Virus record (IMG/VR): IMGVR_UViG_3300008107_000554
Span: 1 to 51,610 of that record
Length of the DNA stretch: 51,610 bases
Strand: one strand, 5' to 3'
From: a virus
Taxonomy: Duplodnaviria; Caudoviricetes
Part shown: positions 26,043 to 34,087 of the stretch, piece by piece
How positions within the stretch are numbered: the stretch's first letter is position 1
Layout: each line of letters starts with the position of its first letter
The notes under the pieces: generated by a model
What the model was told of the DNA's origin: nothing
Databases searched by the model: none
Seen by the model: the letters and a program-made list of their open reading frames with translations, nothing else
Position numbers and translations under genes: made by a program

Positions 26043-26130
26043 TCGTGAGGGGCGCTGGTGGATGATAAGCCGTAGCGCAGTCTGATCTTCGACCAACACA
26101 AAACCGCAGGTTTCGCTGCGCCCCTCACGA
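26043..26130 (-). ncRNA. Candidate structured intergenic RNA closed by a perfect 13-bp stem
   Basis: tcgtgaggggcgc (26043-55) pairs with gcgcccctcacga (26118-30), with nested hairpin potential inside. Confidence 0.45.
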
Positions 26131-26143
26131 CATTGGTAGCGGG

Positions 26144-26455
26144 TCAGGTGGTGGCCTGCAACCGCGATTTCTTTTCTGCGGCCAGCTTGGCCAGTGCTCT
26201 TTCGACAGCGGCCGTCCCGGCTGACAGCTTGACCTTGGGCTTGTCCTCGATCTCGTCAGTCCACACCACGATGGGCTTCGGCTTGGGCGGCGGTGCCCAT
26301 GTCATACCCAGAGGTAGGGCAATCCCGAAGCGTTCGGCTGCGGCGTCGATGGACTTGCGGTGCATGCCATAGTGCCGGGAGGTTTGGGTTGCGTTCCACC
26401 CCTTGTCCCGTGCTGCTTCGATCATGTCACGGGTAATCTTTTTGCGGCCATTCAT
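26144..26455 (-). CDS. Hypothetical protein with HTH-like N-terminus
   Basis: GWNATQTSRHYGMHRKSI; GGAG RBS. Confidence 0.6.
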   Translation of the reverse strand: MNGRKKITRDMIEAARDKGWNATQTSRHYGMHRKSIDAAAERFGIALPLGMTWAPPPKPKPIVVWTDEIEDKPKVKLSAGTAAVERALAKLAAEKKSRLQATT

Positions 26456-26621
26456 AGGCTCTCTCCTTGATCTTGTTTATTTCCGGTAGGTTCTGCCTCA
26501 GCATATACATGATGAGGTCGAGTTGTTCTTGGGTGGCCCACATGCCACCCGGCACCCGGACATAGCCCGCCGCACGCAGTGCACTGGCACCGGGGCTAGT
26601 GTCGCTAGGTGCTCTGCTCAT
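26427..26621 (-). CDS. Hypothetical protein
   Basis: Translationally coupled ORF (ALRAAGYVRVP). Confidence 0.55.
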   Translation of the reverse strand: MSRAPSDTSPGASALRAAGYVRVPGGMWATQEQLDLIMYMLRQNLPEINKIKERAYEWPQKDYP

Positions 26622-26794
26622 CAGTCGCTGTCCCTTGTGATCTCGTAAGCCACAAGATGCAGGACACCAACGGCAGCGGCGAGGGGCATTCGTCCGCTAT
26701 ATTCATAGATCAGGGCTTTGATGCGGTCGCCCAGTTCCCCCGTCACGTCCTCGGCCCTCTTGCCGTCGCCCTTGAAGATGCGGATGTCAGTCAC
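26621..26794 (-). CDS. Hypothetical protein
   Basis: GTG start after GGAGAG RBS; VTDIRIFKGDG...LAAAVGVLHLV. Confidence 0.55.
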   Translation of the reverse strand: MTDIRIFKGDGKRAEDVTGELGDRIKALIYEYSGRMPLAAAVGVLHLVAYEITRDSD

Positions 26795-26957
26795 GGCTCT
26801 CTCCCTTGTTCTTCCCGAAGGCGAAGTCGATCCACTCCTCGCAGGCATCGAAGGCGTGTTGGATGCCCTCGATATTCCCTTCACGAACAGCTTCTCGCAA
26901 GCGGTTCCACTCAGTCAGCATTTTAGAGACACGTCTGTTCCCGTAACGGTCACTCAT
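26787..26957 (-). CDS. Hypothetical 56-aa protein (not in ORF track)
   Basis: Translated by hand: MSDRYGNRRVSKMLTEWNRLREAVREGNIEGIQHAFDACEEWIDFAFGKNKGESRD. AAGGAG RBS; fills the gap exactly. Confidence 0.6.
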   Translation of the reverse strand: MSDRYGNRRVSKMLTEWNRLREAVREGNIEGIQHAFDACEEWIDFAFGKNKGESRD

Positions 26958-27138
26958 GGCTCGCTCCTTTCAGCGCCTCTCGGCCTTTGCCTGTGATCTG
27001 GGGGCGCGACCCTCTGGTGACGTAGCCTTGGCCCTGCAACCACTCAAGGGTTTCCCCCATCGCAGCGCCCCAGCGCAAGTCCTTACCAGAACCCGGCTCG
27101 GCAATCTCTCTCAGCACGTTTCGTTCATAGGGGGTCAT
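26950..27138 (-). CDS. Hypothetical small winged-helix-like protein
   Basis: MTPYERNVLREI...LEWLQGQGYV..ITGKGREAL; AAGGAG RBS. Confidence 0.6.
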   Translation of the reverse strand: MTPYERNVLREIAEPGSGKDLRWGAAMGETLEWLQGQGYVTRGSRPQITGKGREALKGASHE

Positions 27139-27497
27139 GGCTCTCTCCTTTTGATTGTCGCAAGCGCAGCAATGGCGTCGAGGTAGTAGGTGTGGGCCAT
27201 GTAGTCGCCCTTGGCCCGGTCGCGGATGGTCTCGAACCAATCCACTGCCTGCGCCAGCTTGGCTTCGAGGGCGTCCCGCTCTTTCTCAAGTTTGAGGTAG
27301 TCGTTCTCCATCATGCAGGCTTCTTGCTCCTGCATTTCCAACTCATCCTCCGCAAACTTGGCGTCCTGACGTGCGGCGGCGAGTTGTTCGGTCAGGGCTT
27401 CGATGCGGTCCAGCATGTTCTTTTCCACGCAGTCACATACGTCTAGCGTGGCAAACTTGAAGGGACAGTCATCTCTGTGGTCGTGATACTCAGTCAT
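27135..27497 (-). CDS. Hypothetical coiled-coil protein
   Basis: HxxxC..CxC at the N-terminus, then a DRIEALTEQL coiled coil. Confidence 0.6.
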   Translation of the reverse strand: MTEYHDHRDDCPFKFATLDVCDCVEKNMLDRIEALTEQLAAARQDAKFAEDELEMQEQEACMMENDYLKLEKERDALEAKLAQAVDWFETIRDRAKGDYMAHTYYLDAIAALATIKRREP

Positions 27498-27715
27498 GCT
27501 CGTGCCCTCTCCCATGCAAGCCGCCCGATGCGGTTGGCCAATACCTCAAGGTCCTCGGCACTCAGGTCATCCTTGTCAGCCAGTGCTGTGTAGACAGAGT
27601 TGCACGCCGGCCTCGATGGCAGCGCCCGGATACCATCCATCACCATGACGGCACTGGCAGCGGTGGACTTCATGTCCCGCAGAAACGGAACGTCAGATTG
27701 TTTGGTTCTAAACAT
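27494..27715 (-). CDS. Hypothetical protein
   Basis: Coupled ORF with GGAGG RBS. Confidence 0.55.
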   Translation of the reverse strand: MFRTKQSDVPFLRDMKSTAASAVMVMDGIRALPSRPACNSVYTALADKDDLSAEDLEVLANRIGRLAWERARA

Positions 27716-27927
27716 CAGTTATCCTCCAAGAATGTGTCGTAGTCTGCGTCTTGCATGGTGACCCCCCGGCATGTGGCCTTGCTCCTGACATGCGCTGAGA
27801 ACAGGGGGTCGTCGGGGTGGAACTGCCCACCCCAACTGCTTACTGCGTCTGCCACGTAGTTGGCCATTGCGTCAGGCTCGATGTGGTCCAGCGTGCGGAC
27901 CGAGACAGTCAGTCGATAGACAGGCAT
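27715..27927 (-). CDS. Hypothetical protein
   Basis: Coupled ORF; YVADAVSSWGGQFHPDDPLF. Confidence 0.55.
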   Translation of the reverse strand: MPVYRLTVSVRTLDHIEPDAMANYVADAVSSWGGQFHPDDPLFSAHVRSKATCRGVTMQDADYDTFLEDN

Positions 27928-28523
27928 CACTGCCCCTCCCACTCATCAACGTCAGCCCGGTCAGGGTGACAGGTGAACCACTCCCGGCTCGGCTTGCTCT
28001 GGTCAGAGGTCCGCCACAGTTGGAACTTGGCACACTCACCCTTGGCATACATCGCCCGGACAGCAGCCGAGATGGAACTGTATTCTGTCAGGCCCTCGGT
28101 CCGGACCTTACCGGGCACAAGCTCTGAGTAGAGGGACGACACTGTCCATACCCCACCCTTACGCATGGTGCTCCGCACCCGGTCCGCCATCGTCGGCTCC
28201 GCCGGAACCGAGGGCTCGATGTCGAACTGGTCGAAGGGCATGGCATACTGCACAGGCACTGATGTCTTAACAGGGGTGGGGTTGCGAGACAGGAACACAG
28301 TCAGCCAAGGCGTGCGTTCTGCCTTGTCAGGGAAGCGGTTGGGCACCAGCTTGGCGGTGACCTCCATGCCGACTGACACCTGCGTTGTCGTGGCGACGTT
28401 GACCGGGATGTAGCAGTTCTCTCCGTTGTCCATGCGGACACCGAACGCTGACCCTGAGGGCAGCACATTGGCGATGACCAAAGCGGTCTCGACCGGGACG
28501 AGGTGGGGGTATGCGTGTTCCAT
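27927..28523 (-). CDS. Hypothetical protein, OB-fold-like N-terminus plus winged-helix-like C-terminus
   Basis: GSAFGVRMDNGENCYIP..VGMEV; strong AAGGAG RBS. Confidence 0.65.
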   Translation of the reverse strand: MEHAYPHLVPVETALVIANVLPSGSAFGVRMDNGENCYIPVNVATTTQVSVGMEVTAKLVPNRFPDKAERTPWLTVFLSRNPTPVKTSVPVQYAMPFDQFDIEPSVPAEPTMADRVRSTMRKGGVWTVSSLYSELVPGKVRTEGLTEYSSISAAVRAMYAKGECAKFQLWRTSDQSKPSREWFTCHPDRADVDEWEGQ

Positions 28524-28543
28524 TGTGTATCTCCTTGATGTGA

Positions 28544-29005
28544 TTAGTTGTCGAACCAGAACACCACGCGATAGTCCGCAGTGTCAGCATCGCCGTCGTA
28601 GACGTTGATCGAAGCCTTATACAGAAGGCGGAAGTAGCTTGTGTCCTCACCTTCCAGACGTTCTCTTGTCATGGTAGCAATGAACTCCGAGTTGTCAGCG
28701 CACCAGCACATGGCGAACTCCTCAAGTGGCAGCCACGAGTGGCTGTGTGCATCAACACCCCAGCCTTCGGACAGCGCAACGCTCAGGTCAGAGGCGTCAT
28801 CAGGTAGGCCCACAGGTTCAGGGCCATCACCCCGCACCCCAGCCAGTCTGGCAAAGAAGGCATAGTCACGATCGCCCACCGCCGGAGCGTGGTAGTCCCA
28901 GCCCGGCTCGTTGTAAGAGAGCTTCGGGATGCCGCCATCAGTGCGGACACCGATCCACTTGTCCCCATACTTGCGCTCGACCACGATGTGTATGTCAGCA
29001 CCCAT
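28544..29005 (-). CDS. Conserved phage protein (MGxDIH...HSHSW...VFWFDN family)
   Basis: MGADIH, RDYAFFARLAGVR, GLPDDAS, HSHSWL and terminal RVVFWFDN. Confidence 0.75.
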   Translation of the reverse strand: MGADIHIVVERKYGDKWIGVRTDGGIPKLSYNEPGWDYHAPAVGDRDYAFFARLAGVRGDGPEPVGLPDDASDLSVALSEGWGVDAHSHSWLPLEEFAMCWCADNSEFIATMTRERLEGEDTSYFRLLYKASINVYDGDADTADYRVVFWFDN

Positions 29006-29595
29006 TACGCATCCTCCTCCTCTACTTCTTCAATAAGATCGTTTGCTACCAGCGTATCCCACACACCATCGTCGCTGGTGAGGTAGTCGTGCTCCTCCTC
29101 CAGCTTGGTGTAGAGATCGTTCATGTAAGTGCGCCACTGCTCAGCCAGTGCTGCCTCGAAGTCCACGATCTCCTTGTCCACCATGTCATCCCAGCGTTGG
29201 ATGACAGCCTCTTGCAACTCAGACTTGGGGTTCGCACACTGCCAGAACGCTTCGCACTCAGCGTTGATGCTGACGCTGCTGGAGTGGTAGTAACGACCGC
29301 GATGGTCACTGGTGGCCCAGACAGCGCCGCCCATCTCGATCAGCTTGCGAAGCATGGGGAACTGATCCACGTGGTGGTGGTTGAGGTAGGTCAGGGCGTT
29401 GTCCAAGGAGCCGACGAAGCAGGCGCCGTCACCCTGTGACCAGAAGCCGGAGAAGTATGTCTTGTCCACTTGGATGCCGACCTGCTTCATGTCCTCGATG
29501 AAGTCAGACTCAACACAGTCCCACCAATCGTTATACTCGACGTTAATGAAGCGATACTTTTCCAGCAGAGCAGTGCGTTGCGATGATGCGACCAT
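29005..29595 (-). CDS. Conserved acidic phage/plasmid protein (FSGFWSQGDGA family)
   Basis: YFSGFWSQGDGACF, RYYH and LEEEHDYLTSD; very Asp/Glu-rich. Confidence 0.75.
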   Translation of the reverse strand: MVASSQRTALLEKYRFINVEYNDWWDCVESDFIEDMKQVGIQVDKTYFSGFWSQGDGACFVGSLDNALTYLNHHHVDQFPMLRKLIEMGGAVWATSDHRGRYYHSSSVSINAECEAFWQCANPKSELQEAVIQRWDDMVDKEIVDFEAALAEQWRTYMNDLYTKLEEEHDYLTSDDGVWDTLVANDLIEEVEEEDA

Positions 29596-29803
29596 CGTTG
29601 GTTACCTCCAGAGTTGCATGTCCAATAGCTACATCCCGTAGGATGTTCTGATACAGTTCGAGTGTCTTGTCCGCTGCCTCCAGTGCAGTCTCTGTTTGCT
29701 CAAGGATGTCGTCACGATCCCTGAGTTCCTGCCACTGGTGGATGATCCATGCGGCGGCGATGACCAGCGCCACCCACGATACAAAGAGTTCAGTTGGTAT
29801 CAC
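29543..29803 (-). CDS. Small membrane-anchored coiled-coil protein
   Basis: Hydrophobic LFVSWVALVIAAAWII followed by a coiled coil. Confidence 0.55.
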   Translation of the reverse strand: MIPTELFVSWVALVIAAAWIIHQWQELRDRDDILEQTETALEAADKTLELYQNILRDVAIGHATLEVTNDGRIIATHCSAGKVSLH

Positions 29804-30120
29804 TTCATGTGTCCTCTCATACGGTGGAGCGTGCACAATGCAGTCACCACCTGTTGCAGTGTTCCTTCAATAGGTGGTGGTGCGTCGCTGGGACGGCCCC
29901 CGGGCAGGTCCCCGAACAGTATACCACGAATTGGTGTGTCGTTGTTCTCCTTTCTGATGAAACCAATAGCGGCGAAACGGTAGGGTGAGCGACGGCGCGA
30001 CTTGACATCCCACTCGTTGACCTTCCGAACGAACACCCCGATGTCCACCGCGAAGCTCTCCTGCATCAGCTTGGCCTTGCCACCCGGCTCGAACCCATAG
30101 CCTTCGGGAAAGTCCACCAT
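29800..30120 (-). CDS. Hypothetical protein
   Basis: ORF coupled to the stop of the vWA gene. Confidence 0.5.
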   Translation of the reverse strand: MVDFPEGYGFEPGGKAKLMQESFAVDIGVFVRKVNEWDVKSRRRSPYRFAAIGFIRKENNDTPIRGILFGDLPGGRPSDAPPPIEGTLQQVVTALCTLHRMRGHMK

Positions 30121-31247
30121 CACACACGCACCCGGCAGTGCTCACCGAAGGGAGCCGTCATGTCAGTGGTCATGGCCCAGATAACCGGGGTGGTGCAGTC
30201 GTCAGGGTAGGGGGTGTAGCCATCAGTCAGCACGATGGTGCAGGCGAGGTTGTCAGCATGACCCTCTGCATCGAGGAAGTCGAAGGCAGCACGCACATCA
30301 GTGCCGCCACCACCGTGGAAGCTGATGGACACAGTGTCATCAGGCAGGAAGCAGTCGTAGTGGGTGACCACGGCATCGAAGTAGACCACATGCAGCTTCT
30401 CAGGACGCAAGTCCTCATGGACAGTGCGAACCTCGGCAGCCATCTGTGCAAGGATGTCATCACCAATGGAGCCGGAGCAGTCCACGAGGAAAGCGATCGG
30501 ACCCATGCGCTCACCCGTCCGGCTCGGCATGTAGAAACCCTGAGACAGGAACCTACGGTTGGGCCGGGCGAAGCTGCGCTCGTCAGTCTTGTGCTTGACC
30601 ACGAACTTCTGGAGCACCTCGCGCCAGTCAACCGTTGGATTGAGGATTCTGTCCACAAGCCGGGCCATGCCAGCCGACAGTTTGCCCATCATCTTGGCAG
30701 CCTGTGCAGCCTGTGCCACCTTGACCTTCCACTCGGCAGCCTCTTGGGCTTGGTCAGAGGCAGTGCCCTCACCATCCTCAAGGTCTTGGCCAGTGCCACC
30801 CATGTCACCGCCGCCACCCTCGCCATCACTCTCGGGCAGCAAGGTGTAGATGTGCTCACTGACACCCTGACCTGCGTCATAGAGCGCCTTGTTGAGGCAG
30901 CCACCCTCGATGAACTTACCAATGCCCTCGTCGGTCAGCAGTTGGTTGATGACGTAGTCAGCGGCCTTGTTCCAACGCTTAGGGTCACGGGACTGACGGC
31001 GGAAGTTGTGCTCCAGCATGGGGTGCATGCACTCATGAGCCACGAGGAACTTAAGCTCCTCATCAGACAGGCCGGAGACAAACTCCGGGTTGTATAGCAC
31101 ACGCTTGCCATTGGTGGCAGCGGTAGGGATGATGTCAGAGTAGGTGTGCGGCATACCCAGTGCGATAGCACCGACAAAGGGATGCTCAAGGATGAGGCTG
31201 GTCTTGGCCTTGGCCAAGCGGGTCTTGAGTGTGTCGAGAGACTGCAT
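30120..31247 (-). CDS. DUF2201-type metallopeptidase-vWA protein
   Basis: TAATNG, HECMH (HExxH) and WNKAADYVIN; Gly/acidic linker; vWA MIDAS DCSGS, GGGGT and LTDG. Confidence 0.9.
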   Translation of the reverse strand: MQSLDTLKTRLAKAKTSLILEHPFVGAIALGMPHTYSDIIPTAATNGKRVLYNPEFVSGLSDEELKFLVAHECMHPMLEHNFRRQSRDPKRWNKAADYVINQLLTDEGIGKFIEGGCLNKALYDAGQGVSEHIYTLLPESDGEGGGGDMGGTGQDLEDGEGTASDQAQEAAEWKVKVAQAAQAAKMMGKLSAGMARLVDRILNPTVDWREVLQKFVVKHKTDERSFARPNRRFLSQGFYMPSRTGERMGPIAFLVDCSGSIGDDILAQMAAEVRTVHEDLRPEKLHVVYFDAVVTHYDCFLPDDTVSISFHGGGGTDVRAAFDFLDAEGHADNLACTIVLTDGYTPYPDDCTTPVIWAMTTDMTAPFGEHCRVRV

Positions 31248-31252
31248 GTGTG

Positions 31253-31681
31253 TTACTCCTGTGTGTTGTTAAGAAAGTCTTTGATCGAGGTGCCGTGGTC
31301 TACCGCTCTGAGCCTGCGGTCCACACCATACAAGTCCCAGAGATCGTGCTGGTCGCTGGCCCCGCCGTCAATCTCCACCGTGATGTCATTGTATTCCTCA
31401 CCGATACGGACGAAGGCAGTGCCAGCACCTCGATCAGCCGCAGCACCAAGCAAGGCATGGTGACACTTCACATCATCGTAGTTGTCATACCACTTGACAT
31501 TCTCGAAACTTGCGTGGAGCAGGGTCATCACATCGACGATCTCAGTGATGCTGTAGTGCGCCAAGTCCTCAGGCGAGATCGTATTGTTGAGCCTGACCTC
31601 AGCAAGGAAGGCGATGACCGCCTCCCGATTGGCAAAGGCCATGCCTATAGCCACGTCACTGTAGTATCCCATGTGTGTCAC
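31253..31681 (-). CDS. Conserved phage protein (MGYxSDV...KWY...FVRIGEE family)
   Basis: MGYYSDVAI, VKWYDNYDDV and FVRIGEEYNDI. Confidence 0.7.
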   Translation of the reverse strand: MTHMGYYSDVAIGMAFANREAVIAFLAEVRLNNTISPEDLAHYSITEIVDVMTLLHASFENVKWYDNYDDVKCHHALLGAAADRGAGTAFVRIGEEYNDITVEIDGGASDQHDLWDLYGVDRRLRAVDHGTSIKDFLNNTQE

Positions 31682-32538
31682 ACTCCCATAAAAGCGCCCA
31701 TCCGGGCCATGATGTCAGAGGCTTCGTCGATCTTGGACTGACGCAGCACCGGGTCGTTGACCACGGCATCCTTGCTCAGACCAGCCAGCTTAGCCTCCAC
31801 CTCGTAACGCATAGCTTCGAGGTTCGGGTCGTCCATAATATTCAACCGAGGCAACAGCTTACACAGTTCTGTGATGTGCTCAAGCGTGCTCTCATGGAAC
31901 CGAGACTTGGGGTCGTCGATCTTGGAGAGACGCTCAACCATATGCTTAACACGATCGTAAAGGCGTTGCCAAGCATCACGCATGGCGATGCCAGAGTTTT
32001 CTTCCACCCTGCGCTGGAGGTCAGCCTTGATACTGTCAAGCTCATCGTCTGCCAGTTGGACACGGAAGTCAGCAGTCGGCACAGGCAGGACCACCAAGTC
32101 CATGCTGAACTTAGACCGCAGGTCGCGGACATCGGGGTAGTCCTCGATGTTGTAGAGGGTGCCGAGGAACCGCTGAGCCGTGGTCTGGAGGGACGGGTAG
32201 TCCGCCAAGAACTTACTCACCACCTGCTCCCACTCAGACTTGCGCTTGCGGAAGGTGGTCATGAAGCTGAGGTAGTTGGAAGTGGGCAGCATGTGTGTGT
32301 TGTTCAGCCCCCACGGCAGGGTGTTGGTCAGGAAGTCCTTGCGGATGTCACCTGTCATGGTGTGGATGTTGGCGAGGCTGTCACTCATGGGCAGCAGCTT
32401 CTTGTGGTAGTTACCCACGTCATAGCCAGCGCCGTTGATGTCGGATACTGCCTTGGTGGCCTTCTTGTCCAGCTTGCGTGCTGTCCACTGGGAGATGTTA
32501 AGCTGCACCAGCAGTGCACGATCAGAGAGATGTGTCAT
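31678..32538 (-). CDS. DUF3150-like helical protein
   Basis: TLPW..MLP..F..FLADYP..DYP...RSKF pattern typical of proteins encoded beside AAA+/vWA genes. Confidence 0.65.
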   Translation of the reverse strand: MTHLSDRALLVQLNISQWTARKLDKKATKAVSDINGAGYDVGNYHKKLLPMSDSLANIHTMTGDIRKDFLTNTLPWGLNNTHMLPTSNYLSFMTTFRKRKSEWEQVVSKFLADYPSLQTTAQRFLGTLYNIEDYPDVRDLRSKFSMDLVVLPVPTADFRVQLADDELDSIKADLQRRVEENSGIAMRDAWQRLYDRVKHMVERLSKIDDPKSRFHESTLEHITELCKLLPRLNIMDDPNLEAMRYEVEAKLAGLSKDAVVNDPVLRQSKIDEASDIMARMGAFMGV

Positions 32539-32553
32539 GGTCTGTGTCCTTGT

Positions 32554-32859
32554 TTAAGAGATACGGTGAGCAGTGAGATCAGCCAGCACTTCGTCTGCTG
32601 ACCGGGCGGTCCAGCCATCGGGGATACTGATCGGGATTTCCCCGGTCAGGTAGTTGTCACTCGCGTCATCGGTGGCGATGATCCGGGCGTTGAACGAGGT
32701 GGAGTAGTCCATCTCATCAACTAAGTCCCATATGGACTTGCCACCATGATCGAGGTCAGCGCGGACTTTCTCCACGGCGGCAGCGAGGTTGTCTGCTTCC
32801 ACCTCAACGTGGCCATAGACACTGACGTCATGGGCTAGGGTGAAGTTGAATGTGGGCAT
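32554..32859 (-). CDS. Hypothetical protein
   Basis: VEVEADNLAAAVEKV; AAGGAG RBS. Confidence 0.6.
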   Translation of the reverse strand: MPTFNFTLAHDVSVYGHVEVEADNLAAAVEKVRADLDHGGKSIWDLVDEMDYSTSFNARIIATDDASDNYLTGEIPISIPDGWTARSADEVLADLTAHRIS

Positions 32860-32862
32860 GTG

Positions 32863-33072
32863 TTACTCCTTGTTGATGAGACGGAGATAGGCTTGGTAAG
32901 CGGTCCACTGGTCAGGGAACTGTTGCTTGAGGTAGTCGGTGAGGGAGAGCATACGATCGGACCAGTCACGACTGTCCCGATACTCGATATACTCACCAGT
33001 CATGCGGCCAAGGCCACCGAACCCGTCGATGGCCTTGATGTAGACGAGATACCCTGCAAAGGTGCCTGTCAT
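32863..33072 (-). CDS. Hypothetical protein
   Basis: MTGTFAGYLVYIKA.. starts immediately after the ATPase stop. Confidence 0.55.
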   Translation of the reverse strand: MTGTFAGYLVYIKAIDGFGGLGRMTGEYIEYRDSRDWSDRMLSLTDYLKQQFPDQWTAYQAYLRLINKE

Positions 33073-33073
33073 A

Positions 33074-34066
33074 TCAGAACAGCACCGACTGATGCTTGAT
33101 GGACCAGTCAATGAAGCCCTTGGTCGAGGTGACGGCGGGATCACGACGGACAGCCATCGACATAGCCAGCACTGAGAACTCAGCCGGGCAGCGGGACAGG
33201 TAAGTGACAGCCCGGTCGATGTTGGCCTGAGAGATGCGTGATGCGATGGCACCAGACAGAGCGTAGAGAGTGGCCGGATCGGACGGCACATCGGCACCAT
33301 CGGGGTTGAGTAGGATGGCATCAGGGTTAGGCAGCTTGCGGTAAATCTTGAGGAACCCCACGAACTCAGCCGCAGCCCCCTCACCAACGGCACCCTTGAA
33401 GCAGTCGAACTCAGCCTCAGCAGGGACAGCACCGAGCACAGCACTGACACCCTCAGCCCACGAACGAGGCGTTGGGTTCTGGTCCTTGTTGGCATCGAAG
33501 TCATGGAGCAGACCGGGACGGAAGCGGATGAAGGCCACGACCTCAGACTTGACACCATGTGTCAGTGCCCACGACGACCAGTCATCGAGGTTGGTGTCGA
33601 ACTCTAGGACAGTCTCACGATTGCGGAGGTGGGACAGCACCCGGTTAGCCCCGGCACGATCCGACTGCCTGTTACCAGTGGAGACGACAGTCCAGCCCTT
33701 GGCAAGGGGTGTGCCGTGGAGATTGCGTGCTTGGCAGATGTTAGCCAGCACTTTCTGGATGTCGGCCGGGGCTTGGTTACGATCATCGAAGCAGAGCACA
33801 CCACCACGACCGTCGTCGTAACGAGAGCCAACGGCAGGGAACCAGTCGGGGATCATGTAACGCAGGGTCTCGCCCCCAATGACAGGGATGCCGAAGTCCT
33901 CGACCAGCATGGTCGGCAGGTGACGCTCGACGTAGTGCAGACCGAGAGCCTCAGTCACAGACTGAACGAGGGTGGTCTTGCCACCACCCGGCGCCCCCTC
34001 GATAGCCACGGTGCGGTTGATCGAGATGAGGTCTTTAAGTGTGTCAGACAGAAGGGATGGACGCAT
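33074..34066 (-). CDS. MoxR-like AAA+ ATPase
   Basis: Walker A GAPGGGKT, Walker B LCFDD, sensor I TGNR, Arg finger LRNR and sensor II TPRSW. Confidence 0.9.
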   Translation of the reverse strand: MRPSLLSDTLKDLISINRTVAIEGAPGGGKTTLVQSVTEALGLHYVERHLPTMLVEDFGIPVIGGETLRYMIPDWFPAVGSRYDDGRGGVLCFDDRNQAPADIQKVLANICQARNLHGTPLAKGWTVVSTGNRQSDRAGANRVLSHLRNRETVLEFDTNLDDWSSWALTHGVKSEVVAFIRFRPGLLHDFDANKDQNPTPRSWAEGVSAVLGAVPAEAEFDCFKGAVGEGAAAEFVGFLKIYRKLPNPDAILLNPDGADVPSDPATLYALSGAIASRISQANIDRAVTYLSRCPAEFSVLAMSMAVRRDPAVTSTKGFIDWSIKHQSVLF

Positions 34067-34087
34067 TGTGTATTACTCCATGTGTTG

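Noticed and set aside
26043-26130. tRNA gene
   Set aside because: There is no convincing cloverleaf, T-arm placement or CCA end, so it is kept as an unassigned structured RNA.
26610-26635. CTGATGAG on the minus strand as a second hammerhead core
   Set aside because: It is a TGA/ATG gene junction, with no GAAA and no stems in the right arrangement.
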